DNA of 64,000 nt, from the NCBI GenBank assembly GCA_043797085.1, contig JAZDQA010000005.1:32001-96000 (forward strand). Direction: 5' to 3'. This document shows, piece after piece, positions 47,641 to 57,597 of the stretch. The stretch is from Pseudomonadota bacterium. Lineage in GTDB: Bacteria; Campylobacterota; Campylobacteria; Campylobacterales; Sulfurimonadaceae. A program made the position numbers and the translations under genes. Under the pieces are notes generated by a model that had not been told where the DNA came from, ran no database searches, and saw only the letters and a program-made list of their open reading frames with translations. Each line of letters opens with the position of its first letter. The first letter of the stretch is position 1.

Positions 47641-47700
47641 ACCAAATCTTTCAATTTTTTTTGACAGTATACTAGATAAATAATCTCAAATCTTAGGCTG

Positions 47701-47716
47701 TTATCGTTTTAGATAG
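47701..47716 (+). promoter_or_regulatory. 16-bp motif shared by the rhodanese and TonB-receptor upstream regions, copy 1
   Basis: TTATCGTTTTAGATAG; one mismatch to 48782-48797. Confidence 0.5.
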
Positions 47717-47788
47717 CTAGTAAAGGAAAAAAATTATCGTTTAAGTGAAATCTCTTTATGATTGGCAAAATTATTACAAGGAACTTTA

Positions 47789-48673
47789 ATGAAACTTTTC
47801 ATCGCATTGGCAGTGAGTGCTGTATCTCTTTTGGCAATCGAGCCGTTAGTAAGCCCGCAATGGCTCAATGAACATAAAAATGATCCAAAACTTCGTATTA
47901 TCGAAGTCTCCGATGGAAATGCGTATGCGTTAGAACACATTACGAATGCAGGGCACACGGCTATTGGAAAATGGCGATATGACAACGGTACTTTTCTTTC
48001 GATCCGTCCCGTAGCAGAGATTGAAAAAGAGATCAGCGCATTAGGAATCGATGAAAACAGCGACGTCGTATTGTACGCACCGATCAATGAGCCCAAAGAT
48101 CTTCTCAAAGCGAGTTATATTTATTGGGCGTTAAACTATCACGGTGTTAAAAATGTTGCACTCTTGGACGGAGGGATGAAGGGATGGAAAAACGGATCAT
48201 TCGAATTGACACAAGCACAATCCGATATCAAGCCAACTGCATTTAAAGCGAAAATACAAAAAGAAAAAATCGCTGATCTTACCTACGTTAAAAATCATTT
48301 AGGAAAACTCCCGATGATCGATGCCCGCCCCAGCGATATGTACCTAGGAGTGACTCCAACAGCGACGGTAAAGCGTAATGGTCATATCAAAGGTGGTATG
48401 AGTTACTCATGGAACTATTCGGTCGATAAAGAGTACATTCTTAAACCAAAAGCACTTTTAGAGAGCGTTTTCAAAGAAGGGTACGGATTGGATAAAAACA
48501 AAGAAGTACTCGTCTATTGTACAGGTGGGCTAGAAACCTCGTATAACTATTTCGTCCTCAGCGGTGTACTGGGATACAAAAATGTCCGTTTATACGATGC
48601 ATCGATGAAAGAGTGGGGCAACCGTGAAGATACAGCGATGACACAATACCGCTACGAGAATTTTAAACAATAA
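47789..48673 (+). CDS. Exported tandem-domain rhodanese/sulfurtransferase
   Basis: Signal peptide MKLFIALAVSAVSLLA, LVSPQWL, LLDGG, IDARP, GHIKG, active-site YCTGG, LYDASMKEW; start at ATG 47789 after AAGGA. Confidence 0.92.
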   Translation: MKLFIALAVSAVSLLAIEPLVSPQWLNEHKNDPKLRIIEVSDGNAYALEHITNAGHTAIGKWRYDNGTFLSIRPVAEIEKEISALGIDENSDVVLYAPINEPKDLLKASYIYWALNYHGVKNVALLDGGMKGWKNGSFELTQAQSDIKPTAFKAKIQKEKIADLTYVKNHLGKLPMIDARPSDMYLGVTPTATVKRNGHIKGGMSYSWNYSVDKEYILKPKALLESVFKEGYGLDKNKEVLVYCTGGLETSYNYFVLSGVLGYKNVRLYDASMKEWGNREDTAMTQYRYENFKQ

Positions 48674-48687
48674 ATTTCATCTCATCA

Positions 48688-48703
48688 TTCCCCTTTCGGG
48701 GAA
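48688..48703 (+). terminator. Hairpin after the rhodanese gene
   Basis: ttcccc-tttc-ggggaa. Confidence 0.5.
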
Positions 48704-48781
48704 ATCCAATTCTTCTCAAAAAAATACTAAGATTTTTATATGTAATGTTAAATCACTATAATTGCAAAACAAAATAAAAAA

Positions 48782-48797
48782 TTATCATTTTAGATAG
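48782..48797 (+). promoter_or_regulatory. 16-bp shared motif, copy 2
   Basis: TTATCATTTTAGATAG, 23 nt upstream of the receptor ATG. Confidence 0.5.
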
Positions 48798-48820
48798 TGT
48801 TTATAACAAAAGGAACTCTC

Positions 48821-50857
48821 ATGAATCGTATCCCACTTCTTCTTACTTTCACTCTTTCGCTTGTCTGCGCACAGGAGATTGTTCAGATGGAAAAAATTGA
48901 GGTGCAGGAAAATGTTTCAGTTATCGAAGAGCGAAAAGAGAGTTCAATAGCCAAGCGTATTATTACAGGTTCTGAGCTCACGCAATACGGTGACATGAAT
49001 GCTCTTGAGGTATTGAAGCGAACGCCGGGAGTAACACTTTCAGATGGAAAAGGGAAAAAAGGGGCTCCGGGAAAAGGGTATACCGTTGTCATGATCGACG
49101 GCGAGCAAACTTCCGGTTCCAAACGGGGAAATCCGTTGGAGCAAATCTCTCCCGATATGATTGAGCGGATCGAAGTGATGACGAACGGTTCAGCGGAATA
49201 TACGGCAGAATCGATGGGCGGTATTGTCAACATTGTCCTCAAAAAGCCAAAATCTCAAGGACTAAGCCGAGTCAAAATAACGGCAGGAGCATACAGCGAT
49301 CAGCCTATGGGGTCATTATTCGCACAGCAAGAGGGAAAATCGGGACATCTTTCGTATTTGATCAATACAACCATCTCCGATAATTCTCAAGCGGATGAAG
49401 TTCTAACGCACACAAACACTCCAACTTCATCCAGCGATGAAACGAGTGACTACGATGCCCGTTATCGCTCGCTTTCATTGAATACAAAACTGATTTATTC
49501 TACGTCACCTAAAAACAAGTACACTTTTGACGGTGCTGTTAATGTCAATGATTACGACAAAACAACGTTGGATACACGTACTATCGACGGCGCACTAACT
49601 CCCGATCGAATTATTCATGGAAATGACAGCGGCGATGGAGCAATGGTATGGGCAAAATTATCGGGTAATCATAATATTTCCACTACAGAATTGGTCGAAT
49701 GGAAGCTAAAATATCATCAAAATAATCAAACAAGCAACACTCGTACGCAATCCACGACATTACTTGAACAAAATGACGATAATAACTATCGTGTATTTGG
49801 AACTGAGGGGAGCTATTCGGTTGCGTTGGAGAATCATTTTATTAAAACAGGATTTGAGCTCAAGCACTCATCCCAGCACGATGAGGTGACATCCAGTACA
49901 AACGGTATGGATACAACTTCAATGAGTGAAAATAAAGGTTCCGTGTATCTCCAAGATGAGGTGACTTTCGGTGAAAATATGGTGATGACCCCGGGATTAC
50001 GCTACGAAACACTGCATCGCGATTACGATACAACTACAAGCATTGGGTATGTAGCGCCCTCACTCCATCTTTTGTACAAACTTACCCCCAATGATAACGT
50101 GCGAGCCAGTATCGCCAAAACCGTTAAACTGCCACGTTTAAATGAACTCTCATCAAACGTTGACAGTTCGTTGTATCAAAATGACCTTACCCATCCCGAT
50201 GTTATTGGAAATCCAGATTTAAAAGAAGAAGAAGCTTTAAGTTATGAGCTTCGAGGTGAGCACTTTTTTGAAGATAAAGGGGTCGTGAGTATCGGCGGAT
50301 TTTATCGCAGTCTCACGGATAAGATCGAAAAAATGACGACCTACAATCCAACTGCATTACGTTATGAAGAGCGCCCATACAACAGTGGAAACGGTGGACT
50401 TTGGGGTATTGAACTGGAACTCAAAAAATCTCTTAACCGATACGTAGAAGGATTGGGAATGTTTGCAAACGCAACTTTTCAAAACTCTTCCCTTACCAAC
50501 AGCGCGAACAATACGACCTATTCGATAAAAGGGACTAACGATTACATTTATAATGTTGGTTTGGATCACACGATTCCCTCTTATCGTCTGACCTATGGAG
50601 GAGCATATCGTTATGTGAGCGGATACGATGACAGCAGAGACATTAATGGTTTTGCAGAATCCCAAAAAGGATACGGTACACTCGACTTTTACGCGATCAA
50701 ACGATTAAATGATACCTTTAAATTGTCTCTGAATCTGAAAAATATCACTCACACAACGATTGAAACTGTTTCCAATGACTACAACGCGGGAACAACTCAA
50801 ATCGATAAAGAAAGATCCACTCCGATAATTCTCCTTTCCTTGGAAGGGAAGTGGTAG
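48821..50857 (+). CDS. TonB-dependent outer-membrane receptor
   Basis: Plug (LKRTPGV, VMIDG, IERIEVM, GGIVNIVLKK), PGLRYE, GNPDLKEE, terminal W; start at ATG 48821. Confidence 0.93.
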   Translation: MNRIPLLLTFTLSLVCAQEIVQMEKIEVQENVSVIEERKESSIAKRIITGSELTQYGDMNALEVLKRTPGVTLSDGKGKKGAPGKGYTVVMIDGEQTSGSKRGNPLEQISPDMIERIEVMTNGSAEYTAESMGGIVNIVLKKPKSQGLSRVKITAGAYSDQPMGSLFAQQEGKSGHLSYLINTTISDNSQADEVLTHTNTPTSSSDETSDYDARYRSLSLNTKLIYSTSPKNKYTFDGAVNVNDYDKTTLDTRTIDGALTPDRIIHGNDSGDGAMVWAKLSGNHNISTTELVEWKLKYHQNNQTSNTRTQSTTLLEQNDDNNYRVFGTEGSYSVALENHFIKTGFELKHSSQHDEVTSSTNGMDTTSMSENKGSVYLQDEVTFGENMVMTPGLRYETLHRDYDTTTSIGYVAPSLHLLYKLTPNDNVRASIAKTVKLPRLNELSSNVDSSLYQNDLTHPDVIGNPDLKEEEALSYELRGEHFFEDKGVVSIGGFYRSLTDKIEKMTTYNPTALRYEERPYNSGNGGLWGIELELKKSLNRYVEGLGMFANATFQNSSLTNSANNTTYSIKGTNDYIYNVGLDHTIPSYRLTYGGAYRYVSGYDDSRDINGFAESQKGYGTLDFYAIKRLNDTFKLSLNLKNITHTTIETVSNDYNAGTTQIDKERSTPIILLSLEGKW

Positions 50858-50968
50858 AACGACGTAAAAACAATCAAATAAATAAACTTAATCCGTCAAA
50901 TTAAGGAAAAATTGTTAACCGTTTATAGGATAAGATGGTTAATATATTAAAAATTTGAGGAGCTACCC

Positions 50969-51166
50969 ATGAAAGACAATGAACCAACACTCAGTTCAAT
51001 CGAGGACTACGACACCTTAAAAGGATCAAAAAAACGTATTGTTTGGATTGTTATCCTAAGCGGTTTGTTGATTGGTGCCATATTTGTCGGAGTGAGAATA
51101 TATTACGGTGAATCAAGCGACACCATACCCGTTCAAGATACTATTGGCAAAGTGCCAGTCAAATAA
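50969..51166 (+). CDS. Small single-TM hypothetical protein
   Basis: 65 aa, strong GAGGAG RBS, one hydrophobic helix. Confidence 0.7.
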   Translation: MKDNEPTLSSIEDYDTLKGSKKRIVWIVILSGLLIGAIFVGVRIYYGESSDTIPVQDTIGKVPVK

Positions 51167-51201
51167 TGATAAAATTCGCCACTTTTAGCATAAGGTTTTA
51201 A

Positions 51202-52446
51202 ATGATCTCTACCATTATCGTACTCTATAGCGTCTACATTCTCATCCGTCTTTACGTCAGTGTGATGCAGATAGGTTATATCAATCAGATGAAACGCAAA
51301 GGTGCGGTTCTTATGGGAGAACAGGCGTATTTGGATGCCGGTAATTATGCCGTTGCCAAAGAAAAGCTCTCTATGATTGAAGCATTTGTAGAGTACGGAC
51401 TCTTTTTGGTTTGGATGATGGGGATGATTTATTGGCTGGATACGCAGTTAATGGCAGAAAGTGCCGTTGTGCAGTCGATTGCAGCGGTTTTAGGAATGCT
51501 GTTGATTAATTCATTGGTTATGCTTCCTTTGGGATGGATCGCTAAATTCAAGATCGATGCACAATTCGGATTTAACCGCTCTTCTACGGCGCAATTTGTC
51601 AAAGACACACTCATTGGTACGGTACTAACCATCGTTATCGGAAGCATTATTGCGTGGATTATTTCAATGATTATAACCTCCAGCGCGTTATGGTGGTTAT
51701 GGAGTTTTTCATTTATTTTTGCGGTGGTAATCGCATTAAATATGTTTTTTCCGACGATTCGAGCTCTTTTCTTTGACAAAGTGACTCCGTTGGAAAACAG
51801 CGAACTTCGAGAAAAAATTGAAGAGTTGATGAAAAAAACAGGTTTCGTAAGCAGCGGCGTGTTTGTGAGTGATGCCAGTAAGCGTGATGCACGTCTTAAT
51901 GCCTATTTCGGCGGTTTAGGTAAAACAAAACGGGTCGTCTTGTTTGATACCCTGATTGAAAAGCTTTCACCCTCTGAGCTGGTTGCCGTTTTAGGGCATG
52001 AGTTGGGACATTTTGCACACGGCGATTTATACAAAAATATTGCGATGGTGGGAGCAATGCTGTTTGGTATGTTTGCCTTGTTTGGCAATCTCCCTGATAG
52101 TCTCTATCTTGAGCTTGGCGTTGCAAAATCTCCGCACGTTATTATGATGGTATTTATCCTTATTCTTCCTATGGTGAGCTTTGTGATTATGCCGTTGATG
52201 GGGATGATGAGCCGTCATAACGAGTACGAAGCAGACCGTACTGGAGCAGAACTAGGCGGAGCAGAACATCTGGTCAATGCGCTTAAAAAACTGGTGACGG
52301 AGAATAAAAGCTTTCCGTTATCGCATCCAGTTTACCGCTTTTTTCACACAACACATCCTCCGGTTATCGACCGTCTTCGCGCGTTGGGTGCGGATATTCG
52401 AGTGGAGTCTTCGGAAGGTTTTCCTGATCCATGTCCAGTACTCTAA
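51202..52446 (+). CDS. M48 (Ste24-like) membrane zinc metallopeptidase
   Basis: NAYFGGLG, LFDTL, HELGH, EYEAD, THPP. Confidence 0.95.
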   Translation: MISTIIVLYSVYILIRLYVSVMQIGYINQMKRKGAVLMGEQAYLDAGNYAVAKEKLSMIEAFVEYGLFLVWMMGMIYWLDTQLMAESAVVQSIAAVLGMLLINSLVMLPLGWIAKFKIDAQFGFNRSSTAQFVKDTLIGTVLTIVIGSIIAWIISMIITSSALWWLWSFSFIFAVVIALNMFFPTIRALFFDKVTPLENSELREKIEELMKKTGFVSSGVFVSDASKRDARLNAYFGGLGKTKRVVLFDTLIEKLSPSELVAVLGHELGHFAHGDLYKNIAMVGAMLFGMFALFGNLPDSLYLELGVAKSPHVIMMVFILILPMVSFVIMPLMGMMSRHNEYEADRTGAELGGAEHLVNALKKLVTENKSFPLSHPVYRFFHTTHPPVIDRLRALGADIRVESSEGFPDPCPVL

Positions 52447-53255
52447 AAGAGCTTCATGCAGATGTTACAATCGCATTAGAAGGAGTTATTGAGTTTCCAA
52501 GACGTGAAGCAGAGCTTTTGCTTATGGCGTACTTGGAGTGCAATCAGCTCTATTTTATCACTCATCAAGATGAGATAATCGATGTAGGCAATCCAAGATT
52601 GGCAGAGTGGATAGAAAAGCGCTCACGTAACGTTCCTCTTGAATATTTAACGAATCGTGTCAGTTTTTATAGCCGTGAATTTTACATTGATGAGGGAGCA
52701 CTTATTCCCAGACCTGAAACCGAACATCTGATCGATGAAGTTCTCTCTTTAGTGAATAAAGATGAAAAAATCACGATTGTGGAAGTGGGAGTAGGCAGCG
52801 GTATTATTTCAATACTTCTAGCCCTTCATTTTCCCAATGCCCATTGTATTGCCGTTGATATCTCACCTCTTGCTCTAAGTGTTGCGCGTCGTAACATTCA
52901 AGCCTTTGGATTGGAAGATCGGATTGAACTGCGTGAGGGTGATTTGCTTGCGTGTGTGAGTGAAAAAATTGATCTGCTTGTTTCCAATCCCCCTTATATC
53001 GCCGATGATGCCTTTTTGGAATCCAATCTGTCGTATGAACCGCAAAACGCTCTTTTTGGCGGCAGTGTGGGCGATGAAATCATACAGAGGCTTTTAGATG
53101 AAGTGTATGCGCGATCCATTCCTCTATTCGTTTGCGAGATGGGCTACGACCAGCGCCTAAAAGTGCAGGAATATCTCAAATCTTTTGCGGTACAATCGTT
53201 GGAGTTTTATAAAGATTTAGCCTCGTTTGATCGAGGATTTATTTTAAAAATTTAA
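52431..53255 (+). CDS. prmC: Release factor glutamine methyltransferase
   Basis: LIPRPETE, EVGVGSG, VSNPPYI, EPQNALFGG, EMGYDQ. Confidence 0.95.
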   Translation: MSSTLKELHADVTIALEGVIEFPRREAELLLMAYLECNQLYFITHQDEIIDVGNPRLAEWIEKRSRNVPLEYLTNRVSFYSREFYIDEGALIPRPETEHLIDEVLSLVNKDEKITIVEVGVGSGIISILLALHFPNAHCIAVDISPLALSVARRNIQAFGLEDRIELREGDLLACVSEKIDLLVSNPPYIADDAFLESNLSYEPQNALFGGSVGDEIIQRLLDEVYARSIPLFVCEMGYDQRLKVQEYLKSFAVQSLEFYKDLASFDRGFILKI

Positions 53256-53282
53256 GAATTTAAAGAGCGCAAAAATGCGCGA

Positions 53283-53364
53283 GGGCACTCTGCCGAAGAC
53301 ATTGTCCCCCTTGAGGGTAGAACCTAGTGTTAACGTAGCTTAGGGGATTTTATTCCCTGAGCGT
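53283..53364 (-). repeat. Dispersed ~82-bp structured repeat, copy 3 (inverted)
   Basis: Reverse complement acgctcagggaataaaatcccctaagctacgttaacactaggttctaccctcaagggggacaatgtcttcggcagagtgccc. Confidence 0.8.
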
Positions 53365-53378
53365 ATAAAAGGAACAAA

Positions 53379-53861
53379 ATGAGTAATAAAAAAACTTTTA
53401 TCGATATTTTTTATCTTTTCACCCTTGCAATAACTGCGGGAGCCGTCTTTACTTTAGGTGCACTCGTTGCCGCTGTTGTCTTTCACTCTGAGCTTTATTT
53501 GAGTATACCGATCCTCTCCCGTTATGAAGAGGGAAAGATTATGGGAGAAATCTTCCGCCGTTTTAGTTATTGGGCGTATTTTATGACAGCTGTTATCGCT
53601 ATTTACGAGGTTTCTCGATACAAAGTAATGCAGATTGATAAAATTTCAATTTTAAGTGCATTGGGTGTAATCAGTACTCTTTTGCTTTTTGCTGCCGTGT
53701 ACGTTCCTAAAATCTTAGAGTATCAATCACGCGGTGAAAGTGCTATAGATGCATCGTTTGAGTCGCTGCATCAAGCGAGTGAAATTGATTTTAAAATCTT
53801 GCTTTTAATGTTGATTGTACTTTTTGCCCGTCGCACTTATTTGATGGTGGCTAAACGATGA
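53379..53861 (+). CDS. DUF4149-like membrane protein
   Basis: Four TM segments, GALVAAVVF, GKIMGEIF, FESLHQASE. Confidence 0.75.
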   Translation: MSNKKTFIDIFYLFTLAITAGAVFTLGALVAAVVFHSELYLSIPILSRYEEGKIMGEIFRRFSYWAYFMTAVIAIYEVSRYKVMQIDKISILSALGVISTLLLFAAVYVPKILEYQSRGESAIDASFESLHQASEIDFKILLLMLIVLFARRTYLMVAKR

Positions 53862-54610
53862 TACGTTTTGAAAATGTCACGAAAAGCTTCGGAAAACGGG
53901 AAATTCTTCGAGGTGTCAATCTTGAAATCGAAGCAGGTAAAACAACGGTTATTTTTGGCGTTTCCGGTGGCGGAAAATCGACGATTATCAAACACATGGT
54001 TGGATTGCTAAAACCCGATAGCGGAACGATAAGCTATAAAGGCATAAATATTGATAAGGCAGATGAGACAGCATTGCGCGAAATTCGTAAAAAAATCGGG
54101 TTTCTTTTTCAAAGCGGAGCGTTATTTGACAGTATGAACATCGGGGATAATGTTGCATTCCCGATGGTGGAACATCAAAAGTTAACGCCAAAAGAACTCA
54201 ACTATAAAATTGATGAAAAACTCACTATGGTAGGACTTGACCCTTTAATCGTTAAATCTCTTTACCCGGAAGAACTCAGTGGCGGGATGCGCAAACGTGT
54301 TGGTTTGGCACGTACTTTAGCATTGGAACCTGAAGTGATCTTGTACGATGAACCAACCTCAGGACTTGATCCCGTCACCAGTGATTTTATCACTCAGATG
54401 ATTTGCAGACTACGTGATGAGATGGGTATGACTTCGGTACTCATTAGCCACGACATTGCAGAGAGTTTCAAAGCAGGGGATAACTATGCGATGCTTTTTG
54501 AAGGAGTTATCGTAGATTCTGGAAACAAAGAGTATTTTAAAAATTCACAAAATGCAGTTGTTCAGCAGTTTATAAATGCCCGTTCAGAGGGACCAATCGC
54601 GTTTCATTGA
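53858..54610 (+). CDS. ABC ATP-binding protein (MlaF-like)
   Basis: GVSGGGKST, LFQSGALFDSM, LSGGMRKRVGLAR, LYDEPTSGLDP, VVQQFI. Confidence 0.88.
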   Translation: MIRFENVTKSFGKREILRGVNLEIEAGKTTVIFGVSGGGKSTIIKHMVGLLKPDSGTISYKGINIDKADETALREIRKKIGFLFQSGALFDSMNIGDNVAFPMVEHQKLTPKELNYKIDEKLTMVGLDPLIVKSLYPEELSGGMRKRVGLARTLALEPEVILYDEPTSGLDPVTSDFITQMICRLRDEMGMTSVLISHDIAESFKAGDNYAMLFEGVIVDSGNKEYFKNSQNAVVQQFINARSEGPIAFH

Positions 54611-54616
54611 TTTGAT

Positions 54617-54698
54617 ACGTATTGGGAATAAAATCCCCAATACTACGCTAACGCTGTGTCCTACCCTCAAGGGGCACAATGTCATCAGCAGAGAGCTC
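54617..54698 (+). repeat. Dispersed ~82-bp structured repeat, copy 4
   Basis: acgtattgggaataaaatccccaatactacgctaacgctgtgtcctaccctcaaggggcacaatgtcatcagcagagagctc. Confidence 0.8.
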
Positions 54699-54720
54699 AA
54701 AATCGCTTACGATTTTTTAC

Positions 54721-55011
54721 TTATCTCCCCCCAAACTTCTTTGTCCACCACTCTTGAGGAGTGAGGGTTTTATTCTGTAAAAACTCTTCGTCAAAATTGT
54801 ATTCATAGGTTGAGCAATATTCGAGTACGGTAGCATAAGCTTCATTGATTTGAGTGCTCATGGCGTGAGCAGTATCGGGGTCATTAGGATGTTTATCGGG
54901 ATGCCATTGTTTCATCATTGTTTTGTAGCGGGTTTTAATCTCGGAGAGGGTAGCTTTGTCACTCAGGCCAAGGAGCGTTTTGGCCTTTATGAGTGTGTCA
55001 AAAGAGAGCAT
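54721..55011 (-). CDS. Small J-domain (DnaJ-like) protein
   Basis: LLGL, EIKTRY, WHPDK, INEAY. Confidence 0.9.
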   Translation of the reverse strand: MLSFDTLIKAKTLLGLSDKATLSEIKTRYKTMMKQWHPDKHPNDPDTAHAMSTQINEAYATVLEYCSTYEYNFDEEFLQNKTLTPQEWWTKKFGGR

Positions 55012-55023
55012 AATTAGTAGTAT

Positions 55024-56148
55024 TTAATCTTTTTGTTGACGCATAAACGTCGGAACATCCAAGAAATCTTCACTGTAATCGCCATTGGATACCATAGCGG
55101 CACGAACAACGACGCGTGGTTTAACCACAATGTCTTTATTTTCAAACTCGCTGTTATTTATACCTTGAGAAGCTCTTTTTTCAAAGCCGGTAGCGACAAG
55201 AGTGATACGAATAAAATCAATAGGAAGATCTTTGTTTGTAGTTGTTCCAAAAATAACTTCGGCACTGTCATCAACGCTTTTTTGTACGATTTCCATTGCC
55301 GAGCTGATTTCCATAAATGGATATTCAGGATGCATATTGAAGTGAACCAAAACACCCAATGCGCCGTTGATTGACATGTTATCAAGCAATGGAGATTCGA
55401 TAGCGTTTTTAATCGCTTCGTTCGCTGCATTGTCACCTTTGTATTCGCCCACACCCATGAGAGCCAATCCGCGATGACTCATAACGGTTTGTAAGTCTGC
55501 GAAGTCAAGGTTGATATCGTCTTCACCGCTTGCCAAGATCACACCTGAAGTACCGCTAACAGCACGAGCAAGTACACTGTCAACGATTTTGAAGCTCTCT
55601 TTGATCCCCATTTTTGGATCAATGATTGAAAGAAGTTTATCATTAGGGATAACAACAATCGAATCGGATTCATTCTTGAGTTCTTCAAGACCCTCTTCAG
55701 CAAGCTTAAGACGTTTACGCCCTTCAAACGAAAAAGGTTTAGTGACAACAGCGATGGTCAATGCCCCACACTCTTTAGCAATTTTAGCAATGATAGGAGC
55801 AGCACCCGTACCTGTTCCGCCGCCTAAGCCAGCAGCAACAAAAACAATATCTGCACCATCAAGGGCACGACGAAGGTCTTCGTAACTCTCAATTGCAGAC
55901 TCTTTGCCTACTTCAGGTTTCATCCCTGCACCCAAACCTTTGGTCAGTTTAGCACCAAGTTGAATTTTAATAGCAGCTGAGCCTTGCTCCAATACTTGCG
56001 CATCGGTGTTGGCAATAATGAGTTCAATACCAGGAATTTGCTCTTTGAGCATAAATCCGATCATGTTACCGCCGCCGCCTCCAACGCCGACTGCTACAAT
56101 ACGTGCCCCTGTTAATGATGATGATTCGTTAATTGAAAATGGTTCCAT
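55024..56148 (-). CDS. ftsZ: Cell division GTPase FtsZ
   Basis: GVGGGGGN, ANTDAQ, GLGGGTGTG, PFSFEG, INLDFAD, LDVPTFMR. Confidence 0.99.
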   Translation of the reverse strand: MEPFSINESSSLTGARIVAVGVGGGGGNMIGFMLKEQIPGIELIIANTDAQVLEQGSAAIKIQLGAKLTKGLGAGMKPEVGKESAIESYEDLRRALDGADIVFVAAGLGGGTGTGAAPIIAKIAKECGALTIAVVTKPFSFEGRKRLKLAEEGLEELKNESDSIVVIPNDKLLSIIDPKMGIKESFKIVDSVLARAVSGTSGVILASGEDDINLDFADLQTVMSHRGLALMGVGEYKGDNAANEAIKNAIESPLLDNMSINGALGVLVHFNMHPEYPFMEISSAMEIVQKSVDDSAEVIFGTTTNKDLPIDFIRITLVATGFEKRASQGINNSEFENKDIVVKPRVVVRAAMVSNGDYSEDFLDVPTFMRQQKD

Positions 56149-56167
56149 GCTTGCTCCTTAGGTGTGA

Positions 56168-57595
56168 TTAAAATAGTTGTGTTGCCCAATTCCAAAACTT
56201 GGCGAATGGATTTGGTTCTTCGGTTTGACGACTGGCGTTATTTGTGATATTACCCATTTTGGATGGTTCTACTTTTGGTTTTGCTTCCACTTTTGGTGTA
56301 CTTTTAGGTGGAGTTGCCGAAACGTTTCGAGGCTGTGTTTGGGATGAATAGGTAGGGACAGAATATTCAATCTCAACTTCTTCTTCAACGCCAGGAGTAT
56401 CATAATGAATTTCTTCACCCGAGTGGCGCATCCGTTTGTTTACATCAATCTCATAGCGTGTATATCCGTCAGCTGAATATTTGATAAGACCTACTGCTCC
56501 TGAATAAGAAGGATCACGAAGGGTATCAAACAAACCGCCCATATCGGAAGGTTTCGCAAGCCGTACGGGCATATTGTCTAAAATAGCAACCGCAAGTTCG
56601 CGAAGTCCTTCTATTTTGGTGAATCCGCCGGTGAGGACGACACCCGCTCCCAAATGTTCTTTTAATCCGCTTTTTTCTAAGGATTGAGCAATAATCATCA
56701 ATGTTTCTTCTACGCGAGCATAGATAACGTTGTGTACCACTTCCAGTGATACTTCATGCGTTGCATTTTCATCACCGATCACAGGAAGTTCAATCAAATC
56801 ATTACTGGGCGCATAAAGTGAGCCATAATTCATTTTTACATTGTCAGCGGTTTGCAACGGTGTGTGCAATGCCATCGAAAGATCATTGGTAATATGGTTA
56901 GAGCCGACCCCTAAAAAGTCGTTATAGCGGATAGCATGTCCGGAATGGATAACGATATTGCTGGTGTTTCCACCCATGTCAACCACTGCAGCGCCTAACT
57001 CTTTTTCATCTAGATTCAGAACAGCGATAGCGGAAGCATAACCGCTTAGAACAACACTCTCAACATCAACACCGGCAGCTTTAACTGCTTTTCGCAAGTT
57101 GTTGAGATTACTTTTTACGGTTGTAATAATATGTGTTTCAACTTCCAAACGTGATGCATTCATTCCCAGAGGATCTTCGATAAAATCTTGATCGTCTACT
57201 TTGAAGTTATACGGGAGTGCATGAAGCACTTCAAATTCATTGGGGATATTGGCATTATATAGAGACGTGTGCATAACACGACTAATCTCTTTTAGTGTAA
57301 TCTCTTTATCAGGAATATTGACAATACCGCTAGAATTAAGACTTTTCGTATAAGCACCTGAGATAGAGACGATTGCACTCTTTAAATCAGTACCTGCTAC
57401 ACGCTTGGCATCATTGAGAGCATTTTTAATCGACTTGGAAGCCAACTCTATATTGGTAATACTCCCTTTTCTAAGACCCTGCGCTTTTGCTATACCTGCT
57501 CCGATAATCTGAGCACTGTTGTCATCACCAATCTCTGCGATAATGGCACAGATTTTTGTCGATCCGATATCGATGGCTAAAACCGTTCGTTTCAA
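56168..57595 (-). CDS. ftsA: Cell division protein FtsA
   Basis: AIDIGSTKI, VDMGGNTS, ITNDL, VLTGG, amphipathic tail FAKFWNWATQLF. TTG 57595 preferred by RBS spacing; 57601 is possible. Confidence 0.97.
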   Translation of the reverse strand: MKRTVLAIDIGSTKICAIIAEIGDDNSAQIIGAGIAKAQGLRKGSITNIELASKSIKNALNDAKRVAGTDLKSAIVSISGAYTKSLNSSGIVNIPDKEITLKEISRVMHTSLYNANIPNEFEVLHALPYNFKVDDQDFIEDPLGMNASRLEVETHIITTVKSNLNNLRKAVKAAGVDVESVVLSGYASAIAVLNLDEKELGAAVVDMGGNTSNIVIHSGHAIRYNDFLGVGSNHITNDLSMALHTPLQTADNVKMNYGSLYAPSNDLIELPVIGDENATHEVSLEVVHNVIYARVEETLMIIAQSLEKSGLKEHLGAGVVLTGGFTKIEGLRELAVAILDNMPVRLAKPSDMGGLFDTLRDPSYSGAVGLIKYSADGYTRYEIDVNKRMRHSGEEIHYDTPGVEEEVEIEYSVPTYSSQTQPRNVSATPPKSTPKVEAKPKVEPSKMGNITNNASRQTEEPNPFAKFWNWATQLF

Positions 57596-57597
57596 AA

